Counted from the first letter of the stretch, positions 1-8,979 are shown. The stretch: 64,000 nucleotides of DNA from Candidatus Kaiserbacteria bacterium (GCA_963699165.1 OY969413.1:141984-205983); one strand, 5' to 3'. Numbers and translations are program-made. The notes: generated by a model from the letters alone, not told the origin.

Positions 1-936
1 ATAACAATGATGCGCACCTGGCCCTTCTTGAGTTTCTCGTCGCGCATGATGCCGAAGATGACCTTCGCATTCTTGTCGACGGATTCGCCGACCACTTTCG
101 CCGCTTCCTGCACTTCCAAAATGCCGAGGTCGTCCGAACCGGCGACGACGAAGAGCACGCCTTTCGCGCCGCTGATGGACACATCGAGGAGCGGAGAATT
201 TACCGCCTGCTGCGCGGCATCCTTTGCGCGGTTGTCGCCCTCGGCGATGCCGATGCCCATAAGCGCCGGACCCGCGCCTTCCATAATCGCCTTGATGTCG
301 TTGAAGTCGGTGTTGATGTCGCCCGGCGTCGTGATGATGTCGGACACGCCCTCGACCGCCTGCCGCAAAATTTCATCGCACAGAGCAAACGCATTTTTCG
401 CGGACGTGTCTTTGTCTACTATGGCGAGCAGCTTGTCGTTCGGAATGACGATGAATGCATCAACTTCCTTTTTAAGTTCCGCAAGTCCGCGCTCCGCGAT
501 TTCCTTTCGCTGCGCGCCTTCAAACGCAAACGGCTTCGTGACGACTGCGATGACAAGCGCGCCGACCTCCTTTGCGATTTTCGCGACAATGGCGGATGCG
601 CCGGTGCCCGTGCCGCCGCCCATGCCGCAAGTGATGAACACCATGTCGCTTCCCGAAAGCGCCTCCTGAATCTCCTGACGAGTTTCTTCCGCTGCGCGGC
701 GTCCGAGTTCCGGATTCATGCCGGTGCCAAGCCCGCGCGTCAGATTCTTGCCGATGTGAATTTTGCGCTTCGCGAGCGAGCGGTGCAGGTCTTGTGCATC
801 GGAATTTACGGCGATGAATTCGACGCCGCCGACTTTCGATTCAATCATATGATTAATCGCATTTTTGCCCGAGCCGCCGACTCCGACGACACGAATCCGT
901 GCAAAGGTCTCAATTTCTGGCGCAACGCGTTTTGAC
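1..936 (-). CDS. ftsZ: Cell division GTPase FtsZ (C-terminal end runs off the window start)
   Basis: Minus-strand translation gives MSKRVAPEIETFARIRVVGVGGSGKNAINHMIESKVGGVEFIAVNSDAQDL ... GGGTGTGASAIVAKIA ... NTDFNDIKAIM, i.e. tubulin/FtsZ GGGTG[ST]G signature; start ATG is reverse complement of 934-936. Plus-strand ORF 7..669 is a wrong-frame shadow. Confidence 0.9.
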
Positions 937-1024
937 ATATAAATATAAAATTGGTCTGTTTCCGCCATGATAGCAGAGCTGAGCAATATGCAAATATTGA
1001 CAATTCACCGAGGCAATCTGAGGT

Positions 1025-2182
1025 TTACGGCAAGAATTGTTGCAGGAACTTCCCGAAGGTTGCGCCCATGCTTTTCTTCGGTGCAGTCGTATCGCCGGTG
1101 AGTCCCCAAAACGCAAGTCCGTACGCGACGGCCCAGGTCGCGTCGCGAATTTTCGTATCGGCGGAAATGCGAAACTCCGCAAGTCGCGCCGGAAGTTTGA
1201 GCGACCCTTTCGCAATGTCGCTGATGGAGCCGACGCCCGCGCCGCCGCCCGAGATGATGATTCCGGCCGGAAGCGGGCCGCGCCGTCCGAGCGATTTCAA
1301 ATGCTTGTCGATGAGCGCAAACATCGTGTTCAAGCGATTCGCGATAAAATCATCGACTTTTTTGCGCGGATACATTTGTCCCGAAAGCCGTCCGATTTTT
1401 ACCCGTTCCGCTTCTTCGAGCGAAATGCGGAAACCAAGCGCAATGTCGTCGGTGATGTGCGCCGAGCCCATCGGAAACACTTTTACCGAGATGGGTATGT
1501 TTTCGTCATACACGACGATTGACACCGTCTCGGCGCCGATGTTCGCAAGCACGCATCCTTTCATTTTCTGGTCGCCTTCAAGCAGAACGTACGAGCCCGC
1601 GAGCGGGGAAGCCATCCGGTCAATGATTTCAATGTCGGCGTCTTCGACCGCGGCCGCGAGCGCCTCCTCGTGCTGGGCAAGACAGGTCACAAAAAGATAA
1701 TCGATGTCGAGCTTGACGCCTTTCATGCCGACGGGGTCGCCAAGCACCTTGTTGCCGTCAATGCGGTATTCGAGCGGAATGCTGTGCAGCACATGGCGGT
1801 TGAGAAAGCCCGGTGCGGCTGCTTCGCGCGCCGCCTTGCCCGCTTTTTCCAGGTCGAGCGCTGTGATTTCTTGGTCGGCGCGGGAAATTATCGCCGAGCC
1901 GCTTGCGCGCGCTTCATCGAGCGAGATGCCGCCGATCGCCAAAAAAGCGGCGCGTATCGGAACCCGCGCCACCGACTCCGCCTGCCGCTTCGCTTCGCGG
2001 ATACTGACCGTAACCTCTTCTTTATTGACGATGTAGCCGTGACGCAGCCCTTTTGATTCCGCGAGCCCGGTGCCGAGGATGCGGCGCTGACGCACACCGC
2101 TTTTATCGGTGAGTTCCTCGATGACGACCATTTTCACTTGGTACGTCCCGATGTCGATTCCGGTTGCTATGCGTCGTGACAT
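1025..2182 (-). CDS. ftsA: Cell division protein FtsA
   Basis: ORF 1025..2257; N-terminus MSRRIATGIDIGTYQVKMVVIEE (actin-like ATPase, FtsA/MreB fold), immediately upstream of ftsZ on same strand. Start chosen at MSRR (2182). Confidence 0.85.
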   Translation of the reverse strand: MSRRIATGIDIGTYQVKMVVIEELTDKSGVRQRRILGTGLAESKGLRHGYIVNKEEVTVSIREAKRQAESVARVPIRAAFLAIGGISLDEARASGSAIISRADQEITALDLEKAGKAAREAAAPGFLNRHVLHSIPLEYRIDGNKVLGDPVGMKGVKLDIDYLFVTCLAQHEEALAAAVEDADIEIIDRMASPLAGSYVLLEGDQKMKGCVLANIGAETVSIVVYDENIPISVKVFPMGSAHITDDIALGFRISLEEAERVKIGRLSGQMYPRKKVDDFIANRLNTMFALIDKHLKSLGRRGPLPAGIIISGGGAGVGSISDIAKGSLKLPARLAEFRISADTKIRDATWAVAYGLAFWGLTGDTTAPKKSMGATFGKFLQQFLP

Positions 2183-2585
2183 GTGTAAGGGCGCGCGCGT
2201 CGCTTGCGGCGAATTTAGCCACAAGCTTCCGTTCGCATTGCTCCATAGTAGCGCCATGAGCCCATCCCTTCAAATGGAGTAATCCGTGGATAAACAAATA
2301 CAGCACAAAATCGCGTCCGCTAAGACCGTACTGCGGCGCCTGCTTTTCGGCTTCGCTCGGGCAAATGATAATCTCGCCGCTTCGCTTGCCGACTTCATAG
2401 GACAATACGTTTGGAGTGTATGTCTTGTCGCGCAGCTTTTCGTTGAGCCGCCGTGCCTTTGCCGGTCCGACAAACGCGAGCGAGATGCTCCAGTTCGGCA
2501 ACACGCTTTTGGCAACATCATCGTATGCAAAACGCGGCACCGATTTGCGCCGCGTTAAGTTCTGTATCGAAACAGCACCCTCCAT
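2103..2585 (-). CDS. ybeY: rRNA maturation endoribonuclease YbeY
   Basis: KTYTPNVLSY ... ICPSEAEKQA ... HGLLHLKGWAHG matches YbeY H-x-x-x-H-x5-H metal site; C-terminal tail overlaps ftsA start in another frame. Confidence 0.75.
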   Translation of the reverse strand: MEGAVSIQNLTRRKSVPRFAYDDVAKSVLPNWSISLAFVGPAKARRLNEKLRDKTYTPNVLSYEVGKRSGEIIICPSEAEKQAPQYGLSGRDFVLYLFIHGLLHLKGWAHGATMEQCERKLVAKFAASDARALTHVTTHSNRNRHRDVPSENGRHRGTHR

Positions 2586-2587
2586 TT

Positions 2588-2848
2588 TTAGCGCTTGCCG
2601 CGTGTCTTACGGGCTGCCGGGTCAATCTTGCCGAGTTTGACGAGTTCGTTGTAGTTTTCGCGGCGTGCCTTCGAGACGAGCGCCCGCTTGTGAACCGTGT
2701 TCTTTGATTCGGTGCGCTTTTGATAGCGGCGGTCGCGCATCTCGCGCACAAGACCGAGGCCCTGCGCGCGGCGGGTAAAACGGCGAATAAGAGCGGCCGA
2801 ACTCTCGTTCTTGCCGCGGCGGACCTCAACTCGTGTTCCTGCGTTCAT
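2588..2848 (-). CDS. rpsU: 30S ribosomal protein S21
   Basis: 86 aa, basic; VEVRRGKNESSAALIRRFTRRAQGLGLVREMRDRRYQKRTESKNTVHKRALVSKARRE resembles S21 family. Confidence 0.8.
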   Translation of the reverse strand: MNAGTRVEVRRGKNESSAALIRRFTRRAQGLGLVREMRDRRYQKRTESKNTVHKRALVSKARRENYNELVKLGKIDPAARKTRGKR

Positions 2849-2933
2849 GTGGAGGGGATTCTAGCACACCCGTGTCTTGCTTGTCTATGCCGCGCCGCCG
2901 AAACGCGTTTTGCACAGGTCTCTTTTTGCGGCC

Positions 2934-2961
2934 TTGACTCAAAAATAGGAGGGTGTAGATT
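2934..2961 (+). promoter_or_regulatory. Near-consensus sigma70-type promoter (TTGACT N16 TAGATT) reading into an ORF-free region
   Basis: TTGACT at 2934-2939, TAGATT at 2956-2961 on plus strand; no credible ORF downstream for about 400 bp. Confidence 0.35.
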
Positions 2962-2964
2962 CCG

Positions 2965-3330
2965 ACATAAGCCGACCCTTTCCCAATCGTGATGTTCCCG
3001 CCAGTGACAGCACAAAAGGGGAGAAATCGAACGGGAAAGGCCGGCATGGCATCGTCCAGTCGCCGCGAAGCTGAAACGAAAGAAGTGTGAGACATGGGTC
3101 TCGAGGACTCATAAGTCAAACGCTCGAGCGGAGCGACCATTCGCAAACGACCATCATCGTCGAGGAAAAACTCGCGGGATGATGGTCACACGGAGAGCCG
3201 AATGACGGCTCTTCAGAAAGATGGGGATTCGCGCCGATGTTATCGGTTTGCGAGTTTGTCTGAACCAAGGACCGAACTCGATGGATTGCGTTGCTTTAAG
3301 CGCATCCGTCGAGACCGGTCCTTTTGCTTT
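2965..3330 (+). ncRNA. Candidate structured non-coding RNA of unknown class
   Basis: About 500 bp between rpsU and the IS at 3360 has only short, low-complexity ORFs. Nested inverted repeats are present: CCATCATC..GATGATGG at about 3149-3183 and GAGAGCCG..CGGCTCTC at about 3193-3213. A long-range helix pairs GGTCTCGAGG (about 3096) with CGTCGAGACC (about 3307), and CTCGAG/TCGAG motifs recur. Not identifiable as tmRNA or RNase P from motifs. Confidence 0.2.
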
Positions 3331-3359
3331 TATGACCATAAAATTTGCATACGGGAAGC

Positions 3360-4291
3360 TGTACTAAGTCAACGCGTTGTTGACACTTTCTAGGTACGCC
3401 TCGAGTCTTCCGAATGGAGTTGTTCCGAGCGATTGGTGAATGCGGGTCTGGTTGTACCAGTCCACAAACGCATACAAATAGCGTCGGCGATGGGCTCGAG
3501 AGATGTGATTGGAACGTGTCTTCCCGTGCCATTCGGTCATGAGGGTTTTGATGAATCGCTCCGCTTTTCCATTGGTCCAGGGATGCTTCACTTTCGTGAA
3601 CGCTTGGCTCATGCCCGTTTCCCTGCAGAGTGCCGCCACCGGATGATCCGGTCGTCCCCGGTACTCGCTCCCGTTGTCGGAATAGATGCCGGTCACGGGG
3701 AACGGCAATACTCGCTTGCTCTCGGCGAGGAACATGGCGGCCGAGTATGCGGTCTTGTCGGGGAAGATATCGGCAAAGGCGGTACGAGAGTAGTCGTCAA
3801 TGGCGACAAATAGGTATTCTCTCGGTTGCGCGGCGGCTTCTCCTCGCAGGAGCGGCAGGCGCTTGGTATCGAGATGCAGCATTTCACCCGGTATCGATTT
3901 CTCGTATCGGTTCAATCGATGGGCTTTGCGGGCGAGCTTCTCTCCCACGCGCTTTTCGGTGCGAGCAAGCTTTTGGAACCCGTACAGGATGGTGCGATAT
4001 CGGTGATTCATCGAGGAACGATTCTCGAAGACGTTCAGTCGGGCATCTTTAAGTGTCTCGTATACGGTTTCTCGGGAGACTTTGTATTCTCGGGCCAAAT
4101 GGGTCGCTTGAGCTCCCATACCCCATCTGCGGAACATCTCACGCCGTTGGTACGGCAACAATTTGGTATTCTTGTGCATGCAAGAGGCGCTAACGATTAA
4201 ATGGTCTGAACACCAAAATCGTACCGCGCCTTTTGCGCTTTCAATGAACTCGTCGACGCGAAAAGTGTCAACAACCCGATACTAACGTACA
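3360..4291 (-). mobile_element. Single-copy IS481-family insertion sequence (distinct from the multi-copy IS481 element below) with 8-bp target-site duplication CGGGAAGC
   Basis: Imperfect terminal inverted repeats TGTACTAAGTCAACGCGTTGTTGACAC (3360-) versus reverse complement of ..GTGTCAACAACCCGATACTAACGTACA (-4291); identical CGGGAAGC at 3352-3359 and 4292-4299. Confidence 0.7.
3364..4179 (-). CDS. IS481-family DDE transposase (HTH + rve integrase core)
   Basis: 271 aa; LHLDTKRLP ... FVAIDDYSRTAFADIFPDKTAYSAAMFL ... SDNGSEY ... KVKHPWTNGKAERF ... YNQTRIHQSLG = DDE integrase core motifs. Confidence 0.85.
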   Translation of the reverse strand: MHKNTKLLPYQRREMFRRWGMGAQATHLAREYKVSRETVYETLKDARLNVFENRSSMNHRYRTILYGFQKLARTEKRVGEKLARKAHRLNRYEKSIPGEMLHLDTKRLPLLRGEAAAQPREYLFVAIDDYSRTAFADIFPDKTAYSAAMFLAESKRVLPFPVTGIYSDNGSEYRGRPDHPVAALCRETGMSQAFTKVKHPWTNGKAERFIKTLMTEWHGKTRSNHISRAHRRRYLYAFVDWYNQTRIHQSLGTTPFGRLEAYLESVNNALT

Positions 4292-4299
4292 CGGGAAGC

Positions 4300-5190
4300 T
4301 TGACAGATAAAATACAGTACGTATTCTGCTTCGAGACAACAGCACTCCGAAGGGTATTCAGACTCTGTTGGCACAGCTCCCGTATCATGGAAGCTATGTA
4401 CACGCTCAAACAAATTCCGTCTGAAGTGCAGATTAGAAAGTTTTTGCGGCGAACGTTGTTCGGAAAGAATGTGTTTTGCCCGCTCTGCCGCTCGCGCAGG
4501 ATTGTGCGGTACGAAGACCGGTACCGGTGTGTTGCCTGCCGCCGAAGGTTCTCGCTCCTCTCGCATACCTGGCTCTCAAACCTCAAGCTTCCGCTCCAGA
4601 CGTGGTGGATGCTCCTCTGGTGCTGGACGATACGAGAACCCGTCTTGCAGGCCATGGAGCTCACGCATTTGCCTGAACGAACGATACGCCGCTGGTATGC
4701 CACCTTTCGTGAGCATTTGCCCCAAGAAGAGTATATTCTCGAGCGTATCGTGCAGATGGACGAGGCATATTTCAAGAACGCAGCTCTCGTGATGGCCAAG
4801 CAGAAAGGAACGAGAAAGCTTGCCTATACCGTCATGCACAATCGCTTCCCGAACAAGACGGACGTGATGGACTTTCTCTTTGCCAAAGTGAAGCCGGGGA
4901 GCGAGTTGTGGACCGATGGCGGTTCGATATACCGGGGTGTCGGCAAGCGATGGCCGGTCTCCCACAGCAGAGACATTCATTCAAAATTCGAGTTCGAACA
5001 TACCTCCGAAATCGAAGGCGTGTTCGGCGTATACCGCACCTTTGTGCGGAGGATGTATCATCATCACTGGAGCGAGAACCTCGAGCAATACGTGAGGGAA
5101 TTCTGCTTCAGATTTTCCTCACCGGAATTGTTCGGAAATCCGCGCACTTACTTATTAAAATCATTAACGCTTGTGCCAACTCGTTCTTAA
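4300..5190 (+). CDS. IS1595-family (ISXO2-like) transposase with N-terminal zinc ribbon
   Basis: CPLCRSRRIVRYEDRYRCVACRRRFS zinc ribbon followed by DDE_Tnp_IS1595-like core (IVQMDEAYF ... LWTDGGSIY). True start may be the internal Met near 4390; element boundaries not resolved. Confidence 0.7.
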   Translation: MTDKIQYVFCFETTALRRVFRLCWHSSRIMEAMYTLKQIPSEVQIRKFLRRTLFGKNVFCPLCRSRRIVRYEDRYRCVACRRRFSLLSHTWLSNLKLPLQTWWMLLWCWTIREPVLQAMELTHLPERTIRRWYATFREHLPQEEYILERIVQMDEAYFKNAALVMAKQKGTRKLAYTVMHNRFPNKTDVMDFLFAKVKPGSELWTDGGSIYRGVGKRWPVSHSRDIHSKFEFEHTSEIEGVFGVYRTFVRRMYHHHWSENLEQYVREFCFRFSSPELFGNPRTYLLKSLTLVPTRS

Positions 5191-5221
5191 TACCCACTCC
5201 GAACGTCAAGGAGAATAATTC

Positions 5222-5746
5222 ATGGCAAATCGCGTCGCGGCCGTCCTCGTGATCCTGTTCCTCGCCGCTTCGATGGTGTCCCCGTCGATTGTTGCGGCCC
5301 AGGAAGCCCCGGTAGCGGCCTCGAAGGCAGATGTAACGCCGTCGCCGTCCGCCGAAACCATAGCCGGTCCAACCCCTACCCCGACCCCCTCGAATGGCAA
5401 CTATTCGGCGCGAACCAGGGAGGAGATGGCTCGCGTTGATGAGTCGGTTATCGACAGCGCCGGCTCCCGAAATACTCACCATGTTCTTCAGTACGCGGGT
5501 GCCGCATTGTTTGCGTGGGACATGTACGCCACGCAAGCTCGTGGCAATCAGTGCACAACGCCCGGTTGGATAGACCGCCCGATGTTCCATAATCCCGAAG
5601 TGTCGGTCGGATTCGGCATCGCGGTTGGCGCGATCATTCATTTCGTACCAAACAAGCCGTGGGGAAATGCGCTCCTCGGTCTGTTTGACGGCGTTGACGC
5701 GGTCAACGACCTCGCGTGGCGAAACAGGTGCAAGCCCGCCTCCTAA
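5222..5746 (+). CDS. Secreted hypothetical protein (signal peptide, Pro/Thr linker)
   Basis: N-terminus MANRVAAVLVILFLAASMVSPSIVAAQEAP is a classic signal peptide; followed by terminator hairpin. Confidence 0.5.
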   Translation: MANRVAAVLVILFLAASMVSPSIVAAQEAPVAASKADVTPSPSAETIAGPTPTPTPSNGNYSARTREEMARVDESVIDSAGSRNTHHVLQYAGAALFAWDMYATQARGNQCTTPGWIDRPMFHNPEVSVGFGIAVGAIIHFVPNKPWGNALLGLFDGVDAVNDLAWRNRCKPAS

Positions 5747-5751
5747 AACTA

Positions 5752-5783
5752 GCCCCCGCTCGCCGCATGCGACGAGCGGGGGC
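5752..5783. terminator. Bidirectional GC-rich hairpin terminator between 5222..5746 (+) and hisS-like (-)
   Basis: GCCCCCGCTCGCCGCATGCGACGAGCGGGGGC perfect stem-loop. Confidence 0.5.
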
Positions 5784-5802
5784 GCGTATTTGAATGACAA
5801 TA

Positions 5803-6945
5803 TTATGCAAATGTCCTCAACCGCTCCGCGAGATTGGCAATGGGCAGCATCGTTTCTTCCTGCGTCTGACGATTGCGCAGAATCGCCGAGCCCTCAAGCG
5901 CTTCTTTGCGTCCCATGATGAGGAGATACGGATTGGCGCGCGTCTCGGCGAGATGCAATTGCTCGGTGAGCGATTCGATGCCGATATTTTGCACGATAGG
6001 CACATGCGCTTTTTTAAAGTCCTCCGCGAGACGGATGGAAAGCCGTTTTGCCTCGTCGCCGATGTGGACGAACGTGAAGCGCAGGCGCGGCTGCGGCGGA
6101 TTTTTTACGACCTTTCCTTCCGTCGGCAGTTGGAGAATCGCACAGGTCGCATTGAACGGCGCTTTGGGAAAAAAGTGGCGGGTGAAGTCGCTGTAACGCG
6201 AACCCCATGCAAGCGTGCGGCCGGCGGCGCTGACTTCGAAACAGGTATCGTTCCAAACGTTGCCGCGGCTGATGAGGTTGCGCGCAAGTTCGTACGGAGT
6301 TTCCGTCATTTCAAGATATTCGAGCAAATCCTCAAAACGTTTGCGGCTCGCGTCCGAGAGCTGTTCCGTTGGGGCCGGAAGATCGTCGGCGTATTCGTTT
6401 GCGATGGCAAGTTCGGCCGCTTCAAACGTATCGCGCTTCGCGCAATTGACGCACTCCTCGGGCAATATCGCGGCGCGTTTCTTGAAAAAGTTCCCGAGCT
6501 CGCGCGCGTAGCGCGCGCGTGTCTCTTTGTCGCCCATGGAATTGATGCGAAGCACCGGTTCTTCGTGAAAAATGTCGCGGACAAGCGCGAGAAGCGCGCG
6601 GATGACGACGACGTCCGCAATCGCGCGGTCGCTCCCGAGCGCGTGGAATTGCACAATTGCTTTTTTCTGCGCCGGACGGCCGGGCGCGATATTGGTATGC
6701 CAAATGAAAAGCGGTTGGCGCGGATTCGGCACGGCTTCGATGTTTTGAACGTGCTTCAAAAAACCGGCGACGATTTCAGCGGAGGAATCGATCGAGACGC
6801 CCGCAAGCGATTCGGGATATACCGCCGGTTTGCGCGCGCCGCGCGCTTTGAGCGTAATCGCTGACAACGGCGTGAAGCCGTAGTATTGACCAACCGCATG
6901 CGCTTTGTGCAGGATTTCTTCGGCCGAAATAGTATCTCGCGTCAT
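5803..6945 (-). CDS. hisS: Divergent histidyl-tRNA synthetase-like class II aaRS (HisS/HisZ family)
   Basis: KKAIVQFHALGSD (cf. RYRQFHQ), LRINSMGDKETRARYARE, RGNVWNDTCFEV (cf. RGLDYYnrTVFE), GSRYSDF (cf. GGRYD) and C-terminal anticodon-binding-like LLIMGRKEALEGSAILRNRQTQEE. Start MTRD at 6945 overlaps lepB stop as ATGA. Confidence 0.55.
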   Translation of the reverse strand: MTRDTISAEEILHKAHAVGQYYGFTPLSAITLKARGARKPAVYPESLAGVSIDSSAEIVAGFLKHVQNIEAVPNPRQPLFIWHTNIAPGRPAQKKAIVQFHALGSDRAIADVVVIRALLALVRDIFHEEPVLRINSMGDKETRARYARELGNFFKKRAAILPEECVNCAKRDTFEAAELAIANEYADDLPAPTEQLSDASRKRFEDLLEYLEMTETPYELARNLISRGNVWNDTCFEVSAAGRTLAWGSRYSDFTRHFFPKAPFNATCAILQLPTEGKVVKNPPQPRLRFTFVHIGDEAKRLSIRLAEDFKKAHVPIVQNIGIESLTEQLHLAETRANPYLLIMGRKEALEGSAILRNRQTQEETMLPIANLAERLRTFA

Positions 6946-7553
6946 GGCGTCAGGGGATTTGTCGCGGCAGTTGCCGCTGAGGAGCTTGCATATGAAGCGC
7001 GGCCGGGAAGCGCGCCGAATTCCCGTATGGGAAGCACGCGCAGGTCGACGCGGCCGATGATGTTCTTTCTCGGCAACGGTCCCCACACGCGGCTGTCTGA
7101 GCTGTTCGGCCGGTTGTCGCCCATGACGAAGTATTCGCCCGGATTGAGCGTAACGGTGTTCGTGTATGTCGCGTCTTCGTTCACGATATAGGGCTCGCTG
7201 AGCGTGAAGCTTTGACCGTTCGGTTCGGTGATTGAGACGACGCCGTTGTCAATGGCGACCGTTTCGCCCGGCAAACCGATGATTCGCTTGATGTAAAATA
7301 CGGACGGGTCGCCCGGGTAGCGGAAGACGATGACATCGCCGCGCGCCGGCGCTTTTAGGTCGTACACAAGCTCGTCGACGATGAGATAGTCGAGGTTTTC
7401 GAACGTGGGGTGCATCGACTCGCCGTCCACGACGAACGGGGACGCGACGAAGATGCGAATCGGTATTACAAAGACTACGATGAGAAATGCAAGCGTGAAA
7501 AGATCCTTCAGAAGACCCTTTCCTGTGTCATTCATAAAGGCATTGTACTTGCT
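6942..7553 (-). CDS. lepB: Signal peptidase I
   Basis: VVDGESMHPTF ... YIKRIIGLPGE ... GDNRPNSSDSRVWG: Ser/Lys dyad boxes of SPase I. The longer ORF 6942..8099 is an artefactual N-terminal extension overlapping pth. Confidence 0.8.
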   Translation of the reverse strand, partial: SKYNAFMNDTGKGLLKDLFTLAFLIVVFVIPIRIFVASPFVVDGESMHPTFENLDYLIVDELVYDLKAPARGDVIVFRYPGDPSVFYIKRIIGLPGETVAIDNGVVSITEPNGQSFTLSEPYIVNEDATYTNTVTLNPGEYFVMGDNRPNSSDSRVWGPLPRKNIIGRVDLRVLPIREFGALPGRASYASSSAATAATNPLTP

Positions 7554-7674
7554 CCGCACTAACTTGCAAGCAATCCTCAAAGAAGTCATGTTGCGATCGC
7601 ATGGAAAAGTCAGTGCCGGGGCGCATGCACACACGGTACGCAAGTTTTTGGAAGCACATGGTACTATCGTTTGC

Positions 7675-8271
7675 ATGGCACTCGTAATCGTGGGGCTTGG
7701 AAATCCGGGAAAGGAATACGAAAAGACGCGGCACAACGCGGGAAGAAGCGCCGTCGAGCTTTTGGCGAAGCAAGAGGGCTTCGATGAATTCGTTTTTAAT
7801 AAAACCAGCAATGCGCTCGTGAGCAAAGGCGCAATTGAAGGAGAGAATGCGGCCTTAGTACTTCCCGAAACGATGATGAATCTTTCGGGGAAGGCGGTTG
7901 CGGCGTTTGTGAAGTCGCCGAAAGCGGCAAAAACTCTTTTGGTCGTGCATGACGACCTCGATTTGCCGCTCGGCACCGTCAAAATGGTTTTCGGGCGCGG
8001 CAGCGGCGGCCATAAGGGTGTCGAAAGCATCATGCGCGCAATTAAAACGAAGGACTTTGCGCGCATCCGTATCGGCATCAGCGCGGAAGGCAAACGCAAT
8101 CAAGCGAAAAAGGTCTCGGGCGAAGAAAAAGTCATCAAACACGTCATCGGGAAGTTTAAGTCGACCGAAGAGGCGGCGCTCAAGAAAGTTTTAATGAAAT
8201 CCGCGGAAGCCATCCGTCTTTTTGCGTCCGAAGGAATCGAGTCGGCAACGCAATTTGCGAATACGAGATAG
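7675..8271 (+). CDS. pth: Peptidyl-tRNA hydrolase
   Basis: MALVIVGLGNPGKEYEKTRHNAGRSAVELLA ... MNLSGKAV ... HDDLDLPLGTVKM ... GSGGHKG (Pth active-site H, D, N motifs). Confidence 0.85.
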   Translation: MALVIVGLGNPGKEYEKTRHNAGRSAVELLAKQEGFDEFVFNKTSNALVSKGAIEGENAALVLPETMMNLSGKAVAAFVKSPKAAKTLLVVHDDLDLPLGTVKMVFGRGSGGHKGVESIMRAIKTKDFARIRIGISAEGKRNQAKKVSGEEKVIKHVIGKFKSTEEAALKKVLMKSAEAIRLFASEGIESATQFANTR

Positions 8272-8280
8272 GTTGCGCAT

Positions 8281-8310
8281 ATTGACATGGCATTGTCAAT
8301 ATGCTAGTGT
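8281..8310 (+). promoter_or_regulatory. Perfect palindrome ATTGACAtggcaTTGTCAAT overlapping a -35 TTGACA / -10 TAGTGT promoter upstream of the 3D-domain gene; candidate operator
   Basis: 7-bp inverted repeat with 5-bp spacer at 8281-8300, -10-like hexamer at 8305-8310. Confidence 0.4.
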
Positions 8311-8351
8311 GCTAAATAACGAGGCAGTTGCTTACTGTTTCGACAAAACCA

Positions 8352-8924
8352 ATGTCAAATCTACTAGGAGCCCTAATCGGCTTTTTGCTTTTGTCGGGGG
8401 CGATGGCGCAATCGGCGACCCCCCAGGCAATAGCTCCGGTTCAACCGAGTTACCCCGTAACTCTGACGGCCTATAACGCCGTACCGGCGCAGACCAAAAG
8501 CGACCCCTCGACAACCGCTTCCGGCGCATACTCGAATCCCGAGATTGTCGCCGCCCGCTCCCGTGACCTTGCGGATGAACTGCCGTTCGGCACGATTATT
8601 GAAATCGACGCTCCCGCAGATCCGGATTCGGACGGCAAATGCGGTTATGATACCGTCGCGCCAATCATCGGGTATCGAGTCATCGCCGATACGATGAATG
8701 ACCGGTACACCAACCACATCGATGTTTTATTTAATACCAAGGCGAACTACATCATGAACGACGGAAGCGTGAAGAATGCAAGCAATGTGCTTGGCGTGTG
8801 TAGTGGCGTAACGGCCCGCGTTGTCGGATATATCGATATGAAAAATAACCCGCTTCCAAAGACACAGTCGGAACTTGCCGCAATCGTCGAGGGGCGCGCA
8901 TCTGCACCGCTTGCGGATAAATAA
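8352..8924 (+). CDS. Secreted 3D-domain (MltA/RlpA-like) cell-wall protein
   Basis: Signal peptide MSNLLGALIGFLLLSGAMAQS; LTAYNAVPAQTKSDPSTTASGAYSNPEIVAARS..FGTIIEID matches the 3D domain (conserved D residues). Confidence 0.6.
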   Translation: MSNLLGALIGFLLLSGAMAQSATPQAIAPVQPSYPVTLTAYNAVPAQTKSDPSTTASGAYSNPEIVAARSRDLADELPFGTIIEIDAPADPDSDGKCGYDTVAPIIGYRVIADTMNDRYTNHIDVLFNTKANYIMNDGSVKNASNVLGVCSGVTARVVGYIDMKNNPLPKTQSELAAIVEGRASAPLADK

Positions 8925-8944
8925 TAAAAATCGGTGCGCAAAAA

Positions 8945-8979
8945 AGCGCGGTCCGCCTTAGGCGGGCCGCGCATTTTTG
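8945..8979 (+). terminator. Rho-independent terminator after 3D-domain gene
   Basis: GCGCGGTCCGCCttagGCGGGCCGCGC followed by TTTTT. Confidence 0.5.

Noticed and set aside
7-669. Plus-strand 220-aa ORF at the window start, and similar long ORFs (951..1700 +, 6942..8099 N-terminal part, 16688..17590 +, 36980..37411 -, 5794..6864 +)
   Set aside because: All lie antisense or out of frame to genes with strong motif support (ftsZ, ftsA, pth/lepB, Ig-repeat protein, Gly-rich protein, hisS-like) and have Arg/Ser/Pro-rich low-complexity translations typical of GC-rich shadow frames.
2965-3330. tmRNA or RNase P RNA identity for the structured intergenic region
   Set aside because: No GGAAAGUCCGG / ACAGAANCCGGCUUA P4 motifs. 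No tRNA-like T-loop (GGUUCGAAUCC) with acceptor-CCA 3' end. No ..ALAA-stop tag frame. Closest matches are single partial words only.
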